Part shown: piece by piece, positions 1-10,300 of the stretch
How positions within the stretch are numbered: the first letter of the stretch is position 1
Layout: the number at the start of each line of letters is the position of its first letter
Assembly: GCA_965637545.1 (NCBI GenBank)
Contig: OZ281495.1
Location: forward strand, 22,444,001-22,508,000
Origin: Phallusia mammillata
Taxonomy: Eukaryota
DNA length: 64,000 nucleotides
Direction: 5' to 3'
Made by a program: the position numbers and the translations under genes
Notes under the pieces: model-generated
What the model was told of the DNA's origin: nothing
The model's input: the letters and a program-made list of their open reading frames with translations, nothing else
Databases searched by the model: none

Positions 1-658
1 AAGTATTTATGTAGCAATTCGTTTCCAAAACAGGATGCAAAGTAAAATCTATTTTAGTTTAAAAAGCACGTTTCTGGGAGACATTGCGGAGCAGAGAAAC
101 ACTCTTATGGCGCCCCAAGTGTCAATTTTTTGGGGAAAGTCCGCAAATGGAAAAATGATTAACTTCCCAGGGACCAGTTTGCTCATAGCACTGGTCTCCA
201 GAAGGTCAGTTTTTAAAATAATATGTCATAGTGATTCAAACTGTTTTTACGACACAAAATTTTATTAATTGCATATTTTCGGTACAATCGGGCAGATGCC
301 TTGTTGGTTAGAAAATGGGACTGATCTGGTTTTTCACAAAATTTTTCTGATGTGATAAAAACGTCATACAGCAATAGTGAAGTCATAAAGGCATTTTAGT
401 CATTACATTTGGCAACCGGCAAGGAGGAAAAGATAGCGTGATCGATTTACGTCAACTCGCAACTTTTGAGTCAAAAGTGTATTTTTGTGATTCTGGATCG
501 GACTTAAATTACTATTGGTACACGAAGAAGCCTGTTTTGGTTTGTGGTCCTGATTTTAGAATGACATGGTCTGCTGTTAGGCGAAATAGTTTATAACTCT
601 GAGTTTAGTTGCTCAAAGTTCGGTTTAAAGATGTTAAATTAACATGATAGATACCATG

Positions 659-712
659 CAGTGGTGGGATTCAGCCGGCTCGCACCACCACTGTCTTTTA
701 ATCCCACCACTG
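659..712. repeat. 54-bp inverted-repeat element (miniature or collapsed hAT-type MITE)
   Basis: CAGTGGTGGGATT (659-671) and its exact reverse complement AATCCCACCACTG (700-712). Flanks ataccatg / tcatcatg match only partly, so there is no clean TSD. Confidence 0.5.
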
Positions 713-1229
713 TCATCATGTTGATATAGATTACGACCTCCCCTCTTAGTCCAAAACTTTTTTAATTATTAAAACGGATTGTAAATAGATTAATAAATCT
801 TTCTTGTAGTAAAAAGTGCGTTTTGGCTACCTAAACAGTTTTACAGGAAAAAAAATACTAGATTAACTGCTTTGGGTATAAAGAACAGTTTTGTTTGTTA
901 CGTTTTCGCTATACTTCGAAAACGAACAGATTATTTCTGGTGGAAGGTATTTCAGGTTTTGTAATCCAGAAGAAATTCGATAAATGGCAACACACAAATC
1001 CCACAACGCGAAAAAATGAACGAGGGCGGTAATGACGCACGAAAGATGCGTGCGTTCGAGGGGCCATTTAGAATAAGATTGAGCACTAAGCGGGAACGTA
1101 CCACCACGACGTCTGTAAGGAATTTGAGTCAATTCGTTTAGATCTTATTGTATTACCATTGATTTGGGCAACAAGTGGGGCGTCTTGCTAGCGAGCTCCA
1201 TTTCTGGATCTTTCGTCAATAGCATTCAA

Positions 1230-1280
1230 TGACGTGCCTTGTGTAATTATGTAACCGTCAGGCACCGGGTATATAAAAGG
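1230..1280 (+). promoter_or_regulatory. Proximal promoter of the chromogranin-like gene: CRE-like site, homeodomain core and TATA box
   Basis: TGACGTGC at 1230-1237, TAATTA at about 1245-1250, half-CRE CGTCA at 1256-1260, TATATAAAAGG at 1270-1280, about 160 nt upstream of the ATG at 1441. Confidence 0.6.
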
Positions 1281-1440
1281 GGGAACCTTGAATCCATTTG
1301 GTTAAAGTGTTAGTGTGCAGAGGGTTATCTTAGAGAGATGCGAAAAATGTCCTTGGATTGTGCTTAACAGTTTAGTATTCTCAGGTATTGAATAAAACAG
1401 GAATCATAACAATAGGCTGTTGATTAAAATTGTACAAAAA

Positions 1441-4400
1441 ATGGGTACTGGAATGTTTTTATATGTAATGTTATTGCTTGGAATCACCGCTGCAGGTAAA
1501 AAATGTGCCAAATATACCGATTTGGCTATCTTTGTTTTGTAAAATAGCGATGTGCTGAGAATGCGTGTTCAAAAGAAGCGCGGATTTGATGTTATACGGA
1601 ATTAATCCTCGTTAAATATTAATGGAGTTACGTGTTCCGAAAAGCAGTTTATCTCTTTTATCCATTAAACACTTTTCACAAGGCAGAGTTTATGATCGGA
1701 AATACTACATGTCATTAAAAGGATAAAAAACATTTCTGTATCCCAGAAAAACTTCGTCCGATTATCTGCGGCAAATTAAAATGGTTTTTACGCGTTGAAA
1801 AACATTTCGCAATATGATCAAACAAATTATTAATATGTACATTTCAGTTGTGTGTGTATGTGGTTCTCATGCTGTCTTAACCAAAGATGAAACAACATCG
1901 ATTTGAGGTTAAAGGTGGTGAAATATTTAAGGAGTTGCGCCGATGTCGCATATGTATTGGGTTTTAATCAACGCATAATCAGGAAAAAAATCAATATATC
2001 GCTACAAGGAGGGCTGCGTTCCACAGCTGCCGCTTGTGCCTGCTGTTGAAAAACTGACAACTTCAGACAAATAGGCCTAAAGATTTTTGTGTTTATTGTT
2101 TTTTAAAAGATTGTTTGATTTGTCCTTCTTTTGCCAGGTTTGCATGCCAGTCCTTTGCCAAAAGCTTCGGATGTCCCAACTACCGTAGCAAATGAAACGT
2201 TAGAAACTGAAAATGATGACACGCAAAAAACAAACAACGATGATGCGGTAAATCTGTGTGCGATGTTCAACCTATTTTGTTAAGACTTATTTCGTGGTTT
2301 ATCAAATGCTGTTTCATCAAAATGTCAAGTATTTCAAGAAAACTCACCATTTGCACTCGTTGTGCTCTTCAGCAATGCAACGCAAAAGCAAAAACGGTGT
2401 TAAAATTAAAAAATATAATAATTGGCATATCGACCAAACACGAATTATTTTTGGTGGAAAGAGAAATTCTTTCGGTGGCAGCAGGTGCGTTAATTTTTAT
2501 GCTGTGAGGTAATAACGGCAGCTGGAAAGCGCGGGATTAAGGTATAATTGTCGGAATTCTTTTATGACGCGATTGGACACATATAATAGAGTGCCTTGTG
2601 ACGCTCACACCGAAGTTATTTTCGAGACAATGTTTTCCTCAGTGACGCCAAACATGCTTTGTTGTACCTTATCCTAGTTTGGGTATCGTCGTGTTCATCC
2701 ATTTTTGTATTTTTATCAATAGACACTTGACTGCATCATGGAAGTAATCACAGTAATGGCATCGGGAAGTGACGAAGCAATGTCGGCCACGTGCAAAACG
2801 ATGCTGGGTTCGTTGCAAGAAGACAACATAAAGATTGGTAAGTGCACTTTAGGACTAAACTGAGCCACACGAAGCTTATTTTGTACACAAGCTATCCGAT
2901 CCTAGCCATGAATAAATCAATATCGGTATCGTGTTTCAAAGAACAACCAGCCACAAAGTTGCCGACAACCGAGAAGAGCAAAGTCGATCTACAAACCCAA
3001 CTTCTCGATCTTACGTCACAGTTGCAAGGTGCACAGGGCAACGATGCTCGATCTAAAAGTGCTGACGAAAATGCAGAAGATTTGATTGATGTTAAAAGAA
3101 ATATGCCTGTGGCCGTTGAAGGTATAAAATCCTAAAAATAAAAATCTCAAAAAGATGATCATATAATATCTCAACAAAACTGTTATAAGTTATGACGTCT
3201 TATTAATTGTAAAGTTTATGTCATATTTAGATGACGAAGGTGACAACACTCTACCCGAAAAGAAAGCACAAATCTCTCAAGGGTCTGGTAGGTGATAAAC
3301 AGCTTTGTGATTGTTGTTAGAAGATAAAGGTGTTTCGACAATGAATGCAATCGATTATTGTAATTACTTGGGTCGGTGATCGATTGTGATTTGAAGAGGG
3401 TTTTCGATCGTGTTGTTGGCATGACTATTTTCTAAACTCAACTAACGAAGAATAAAACAATTTCCATTTTTATTAAAAGTGCAAAGTTCATACTATCGCA
3501 TGAGTTTTTATACAATTGTTGTAATAGATAACTTTGACGAGGAAAAAGGCGACAGCAGATTGGATGAGGCTGAACCATTCATGACCTCTCTGAATTCGGA
3601 CAGCGACGAGTTTCTAATAATTCCACTAAAATACCTTCAAAAGCAAATGCTCTCAACAAGTGAACAACCAGAGGAAGCCACAAACGACCAAGAAGAGGAG
3701 TTCGATTCTGAAGTAGCTCCAGAAGGTCAGCCAAACATATTTTATGATGCAAAATTGACCTATTCGTCAAAATGTCTAGTGGTTGACATGGGGGTTACTC
3801 ATCGTTTTCAACATCATCTAGTTCATTAATTATGAAGCGCTTTTCATTACAGCGTCGGCAAAGTCAGGATCTAATGCACTTTTTTACAAGGATTGTGCAA
3901 AAAAGTCAAACAAACATTAAAACCGCCAATAGTAAACGACCGGTTCAAATAAAATCAGCCTTTTTAACCTTTGAGCTTAACAAAAATCTGAAGGTTTATA
4001 CATTATATACACAGCAAACATAGACGAGGGAAGGGAAATTAACAGCGCCGTTGACAATGAGAAAGCGGAGGAGATGGACGAAAATAACATTGATGAGGTA
4101 GGTCTCGGGGGTACTGTGGATCAATGCATCCATATAATTTATACATCTTGTTCCAGCAGGTCACTAATTAACCAGCCTGTGCGCGCCGATATTCGTGCAT
4201 AATTTAAGCGCAGTAAATCACTGTCCGTGACGTGCTACGTGCCAATGACCTGTGGCTGGTTACATTCCAATTTACTGGTCTGTCCCTTAAGTGGACCATA
4301 TGTCATGTACTTAAAAATTGCAAATACTACGCAAAGCTTTATGGGAAAAAAAGATGTGAGTGTATGGTTTGGTATTGTTGTATATTACGTTTCTCGGGTC

Positions 4401-5716
4401 GACAACAAGACAGATCTTTATTAACTTGAAACAGTAACGATTTTTGAAGAGCTAACTGCCAGTCATGCGTAGCATTGTCCACTTTCCATCGGACAATGGG
4501 AAACTTAAATTATTGATGTGTTTTGCGTTGGCCCGATGTGTTTGATACAAAGACGTCCCATCCTAATCGTAAAGTCGTTTCCACGTAATCTCGAAGTCAG
4601 TATGAAACATTGATTTGTCGAAAGTTGCTACCAGCTGGGATGTTTGCTTGATCATTACAATGACATTTTGGTCAATGTTCATTTCTTTTTGTTTGAAGGG
4701 AAATCCGCAATACTGCTGTCATCGACTTCGGTCGAAATTGATTTTTTGTCTGATATGTCGCATTAGATCAAATTCGTGGAGTAACATTAAATAATTAACT
4801 GCGTTATGAAGCCGAAACAGATCACGTTAGACGAGTACATTGTTTTCTATAGTTTAATGTCACGCCCTATCAGGGCTGCCACTCCTTGGGATTTTTCCCG
4901 AGATCTTGGGATTTCAGTGCTGAGCTTGGGATCTTGGGAAAAACTTTTTAAACCTTGGGATTTTTTGAAATTATCCGTTTAATACGTTTGAGATACAATT
5001 AATACTATTGTGGCGAACAAAAATTATCCTTTTGCAAAAATCATCTTTTTATGTAATTGCGTAACAGTGCTTCATCACATTTGTGTTTAAAGCCGTGTAA
5101 GTTTATTGAAATTCCCTGTCAAAACTAGTGAGTCAGGCCAGTACTACAGGCTTTTCGATGTGTCATGTGCCAGTAAAAACAAATGTCCAAAAAAAAATTT
5201 TTTTTTCTTTTGTATTTTTCTGGTATTTCTTATCGCCTTTTCAAAGGTTCGTGATGGCTGGGACCTGGTGTAACTATAAAGATTATGTTTGCCTGCTCCA
5301 GCTAGGATTTAAACTGTGTATTTGCCATTTTTTTGTTATCTTGGGATTTTGGACAAACCTTGGGATTTTTGGTGAGGGAACCTTGGGATATCTTAAAATT
5401 TTCAGTGGCAGCCCTGCGCCCTATTGATTGCTCTCAACGATTATTTTGCAAACAGTAGCCTACTCTTTAGTTCTATTTTAGTACATTAGTTCTCCTACGA
5501 AATTACAGATTATGCTATTTACAAAACCTGGAAATAGGGTTAAGTACAGACGTAATGTATTTCACCTCTCGCACGCCCTCATACGGATAACCAACTTTCA
5601 TGCATTGTCTTCAGGACCGCTTGGATGCATTATTTCGTGTTGAAATGGATATTTCGAGACTTAGTGAGGACCTAAACCGACTAAAGACCAACAAGCCAGA
5701 AGAATCGGCACATTAA
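1441..5716 (+). CDS. Chromogranin A/B-like (granin) acidic secretory precursor, 296 aa, 8 coding exons
   Basis: Exons 1441-1495, 2138-2247, 2723-2837, 2942-3121, 3231-3287, 3528-3725, 4024-4097, 5615-5716; all GT-AG, 891 nt, open frame. Signal peptide MGTGMFLYVMLLLGITAAGLHA. The only two Cys form a loop: TLDCIMEVITVMASGSDEAMSATCKTML (cf. CgA VMKCIVEVISDTLSKPSPMPVSQECFETL). 70/296 residues are D/E. KR and KK dibasic sites. C-terminal amphipathic helix DRLDALFRVEMDISRLSEDLNRLK (cf. CgA DQELESLSAIEAELEKVAHQLQALR). Gene model confidence is high; family call is somewhat lower. Confidence 0.82.
4871..5416. mobile_element. hAT-superfamily MITE, 546 bp, in intron 7 of the chromogranin-like gene
   Basis: 13-bp TIRs CAGGGCTGCCACT / AGTGGCAGCCCTG; perfect 8-bp TSD CGCCCTAT (4863-4870 and 5417-5424); repeated subterminal CTTGGGAT motifs at both ends. 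Confidence 0.92.
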
Positions 5717-7366
5717 TATAGACCTACATCAAATGTGTTGCTTTGTAAATTATCCATATTTCGCCGTTTGCAGTTTTTCTAGTCGCCCGCGTTTGTGGTT
5801 GTGTCGTACTGTGACCGTGGAATACAGTATTTGTGAATGCGCACGCAGATTTCTACACACTGCTGATGATTGCTTGTTTCTGTATTGTTCGTTGAAGGTT
5901 GCTCAATTTGATAAAACAGTTTTATTAGTGAAGATGAACATAAATTCATAACGGGTCAGCCCTGGAGCGTTCATGCAAATCAGCGATCACTTGCCGTATG
6001 GGAATTCTCGGTGACCGGTTGATTCGGTATGACGCCTTCAATGGGCTGACACACTATGAATTTTATTAGTGTTTATGCTTCATGGTTTGGTCACCCAAGG
6101 AAGAAAACCTCAAAGCTACATTAAGGTTTAAAAATAAGCACATTTTTCCTACCAATTGTGGTCTGACATACTAACACTCGCGAAGGCGTTAAAAGGGTTT
6201 TATTAAGAAAATTAGTAAACGAAGCGAAGCGCGATACCCTTGCAAGCGAAAGACGCAAAAAGTTTGTACACTTAAAAGTGGAGGAAATAACATGAGAACA
6301 AACGACGGCAACAACAATAGAACAAATGCAAAACGCAGCCACCCTGGGATGGGAAGCTGAAACTTGCAAAAGACCAAGTCGCCCAACTTTCAGCTAAAAA
6401 CAACGAAATCTCCGAAAGTAACTTTACAAAATAGGTAAGATTTTGGGTTTCCCCGTAGGACGGACATAAAAGGAGATACATTTGGCCAGTGGTGGCGGAC
6501 TTTGCATGCAGAAGGTAGATGTTGAACATTTATTTCGGGATATGTTTGCTTATTAAATTCGCTTAACGCGAGTAAGGTAAAAGGTATCGTTGATGGTTCG
6601 AGTTCAGAAGGTGGTTTGCAACAGGTTGACGGAGACAAACACGCTGGATTGCACGTGGCTGGACATGGCACTAATAGAATCGCTGGGCTTCCAACATAAA
6701 AAACTTCAATCGCATGTCTATCGAGCTCGGCATCTCACATTTCGTAAGGTGGCGCTGTACAAAAAAAGCAACACGGCGATCACGATGTAATGTAAGGGTA
6801 ATAATAGGGTACGTATGCGCGCGAAAGACGTCGACTACACTAGAACGTGTCAAGTTTCGGCATCACGCAGGCACTTTACGCAAAGTTCGTGATTGGCAGC
6901 GGCATAGGTCAGAAAACAACCACAGGTGTGACAGAAAAAGTACAAAATCAAATTTGAACTTAAATCGCGCGCGTCGGCCCTGGTCTGGCAAATTTGCATG
7001 GAAGCTGTGCTATGGTACAGAGTGGGAGGTAAACTGGTGTTTGTGTACTGCACTTAGTTCGTCTGTTCGCCACATTGGGTCAATGGCACTCGGACGAAAG
7101 CAGAGCGGGGAAATTTTGATTGACAGCCGAACTTAGGACCCGATCTGGCCGGGCGAGACTGCTTGGATTGTCGCATAAAACCAACGTGTACAAAAACGAA
7201 ATGAACTTTTAGTCGTAAAAAGCAAACGCCTGGATGGGGGCTGAGCGGCGAATTGGAGCAGCAAAATGAAAAGCAGTAGTATAAAAGTAACCAACGAGTA
7301 ATGCAATACAAAACGAAACCAGCCAAAAAACGAAATCAATTAAAACTTCAATATTCGCAGTAAAAA

Positions 7367-7394
7367 CACGTCACACGTCACACGTCACACGTCA
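7367..7394. repeat. Perfect tandem array (CACGTCA)x4, i.e. (TGACGTG)x4 on the minus strand, directly after the ERF stop codon
   Basis: Copies at 7367-7373, 7374-7380, 7381-7387, 7388-7394; the ERF TGA is at 7397-7395. Confidence 0.9.
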
Positions 7395-10300
7395 TCAGTC
7401 CCACAGCTGTTCTTCGTCATCAACGTCGACGTTAACATCTTCGTCAGAACTCAAATCCGACTGACGATTCGAAACTTCGGTCTTTGTGGAATCTTTTTCA
7501 CTGTCTGGCATCACCGAACCACTGTCCACACTCATTTGTTCGTCATCATCCTTCGATGACGAAGTTGTGACGTCACTTGTCGATTTGTCACCTTCCGGGG
7601 ACGAAGATGCCTCGGATTTGGATGCGTGCTGGCGTTCCTCTTCTTCTTCTTCTTCGTCGTCGCTGTTTCGACCCAGAATATCGCGGATGCTGTGACCGCT
7701 TTTCTTGGCGCGGGCTGGAGGTGGTGGGGGAGGCTGGAAGGGGAAGAATGGACGCGGCAGCAGAAAACCTGAAACAGTACAGTGATTGACATATGCGTGA
7801 CTGTAGAGACGGACCAAAACACTGTAAGTGTTCTGTCAAGCACTAAGCACCCTCTACAAAAACTTCTCTTAAGCTAATATTACGTCACAAATACTTAAAA
7901 TCAGGGTAGTGAGAGCGGCCGTATATTTCATCTTCTTGCCTATCATAAAGTAATGTCTGGAAGCTTTTCTGGCAACTACTAAGCTAGATATTGATACTTG
8001 GGCGAATATTTAGGTGCTAAGAAGCGGAATAAAATTGTAAAAAAATATTGGAAGAAAACTTTAAATAGTTGTTTTAAAGGTTAGCCCTTAAAGTTTTTAG
8101 TTCATTATAGTTCACTTGCCATTGTTTTCCTCACAAGTTGAGGATAGATTTGCTTTGATGAATGTTCAATTAAAGTAAGGCATACCTGGCGATGAGCTTG
8201 GATATGGAAAATTAAATGCCGATGGTGACTTGGCGATAGTGGAAGGCGAATTGAGGGAAAGACAGTTGCCGAATCTTTCACTCACAGCGTCGCTTTCATC
8301 TTGATTGTGAGACTGTAAAACAAAAAAGTCAAAATAATCAAACTAATCTGGACCTATGGCCCATGGCCCGCTGGTTGAGTAACACTGCCTTAGCGGAAGT
8401 AAACAATCTAGGAAGCGCAAGAACGTGCCAAAAGCAGCTGGGAAAGAGGGAGAGGTTACAGGTCGCTTCCCGGAAAAGTGCGATGTGTGGGTGAGATTTA
8501 TTGCCTACTGAAAGGTTTCTTAGCCGCGGTTTCGTTCCGTGCGCGACCGACGCTTGCTCATTTATTCATTCATTCATATGACGCGCTATAGGAACAATGA
8601 AATCGCCGACTGGTGAAATTCAATAGTCGCTTTAGTCGCTCAACTAACGTACACAATATGATATTAATTGAAATATGCGACCGTAAACATCCGAACCCAC
8701 ATTGTTATTTACGTATGACTAATATGCCGACACTAAACACGGATATATGAACGCATACCATGAATCGCAGTTTGGGAGGCTTTCCTTGTGGTGCCGGTTC
8801 CAGTGACAGTTTGCGGGAAGATGTTTTTCCGTCTTTACTTCCTTTTGCGCCATCGTCGTCGTCAAAGACGTTGTCGCACTTGCCGCTTGGCACCGTCTGT
8901 GCATCGTCCGACCTGCTTCTTTCGTTTTTCGATTCACCTTCCCGCCCTTCCGACTTGATTAGCTTGGATGTGCATCCGTGGTCAGAAATACTGCTACACC
9001 AAACAACAAAAGTATGTCAGATAGGCGTGTTAAATTCAGCAAATGCGAAGTATTTTTAAAGGACTACATATTTCACTTCAGAATAGTGAAACCAAAGGAA
9101 AAGGTCTTTATAAAACTGTTAGCATGCAACTGCGTTAGCTGCTTTGCTAGAACAATGTGAAACTTCGTATATATAACTTTTACAGCTATTCAACCAAACT
9201 TAGACAGTTTTCTATTTACTAGTTTGTTGTTGACACAAGTACGTTGTAGTGCACACATTTTTGCACAAACACACTTGCACGAAGCGCAGACGCCAAAAAA
9301 ACGGTAAACAAAGGTAATGCTTTTGCTTATTCACAGCATTATAAGCTTTCATTGATTCTCACCTTCGTTTCCTACTTAGCGGCGGCTTCTGCAACTTCAG
9401 CACGCTCGAGGGTTGATTGCTATCAGCATGGCGGTATGCGCCCGGAGACAGCAGCATCGATGGAGTATGGGGAGTTCCCGGGGTGTGCGGGGTAAGGAAC
9501 CCGTTCTGTGTGTTGCTCTTCACGTCGTTGGTCGGCGGCTTTGCTGCGGGTGCTTCGCTGGATTTTCCGTGCGAGTCAGATTGCGGCCTGGCAACGCAGA
9601 AAAACGGGAGTCAAGTGGGGGGAGCATCGACACGCGAGCAGCGAACCTGATACCTCATGCCAGCGCAATTCAGTTGCATGGACCGTTAAGTGCAGATTTT
9701 TTTGTACTCAGATAATAGATATATGCATACGTAGGTATGAATTATAAACGCCCCATCTGTGTATTGATTTGTATTTGTTAGCGGTAAAAAGGCTTTTGCC
9801 ACACGTCAGAGCCTATGCACGAGATATTGAGTTTCTGTCGGTAAGTTATCAACTCGGCTGCCCTATAAGCTCCATCCACGTCAAAGCTGGAAAAAAAACT
9901 CGTCACATTGATCATCAACTCCACGTGAGCCAGCAGGTGAGATTTATTATTGCCAATTTCTCTGCATCATCACCATACTGACCGTTTCGAAAATTCTCCC
10001 AAAGAGTGTATTTTTACATTTTAATTGCGTTTGCAATGTGGGAGAGATTTGCTTCAGCACATGAAAGCATATGCAGATGTCAAAAATTCAAATCTATTCC
10101 CAATCCATTTGATTAGCTCCAAACCCTAGCTTAATAAGGTGTAATAAGACTATGGTCCAATATACAGATCTGTTGATGCCAACACAACAATTGAACAGTG
10201 CAAGATTAAATCTTTAAAGAATAACGCAATGACAACAACATACCCGTGATACGCCTTTATATCATCCACGTCGAACGAAAAGAAGTGGCGTCGACGGTTT

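Noticed and set aside
1-600. Sequence that looks like a decayed transposon interior
   Set aside because: No TIR, TSD, second copy or transposase motif could be identified within the window.
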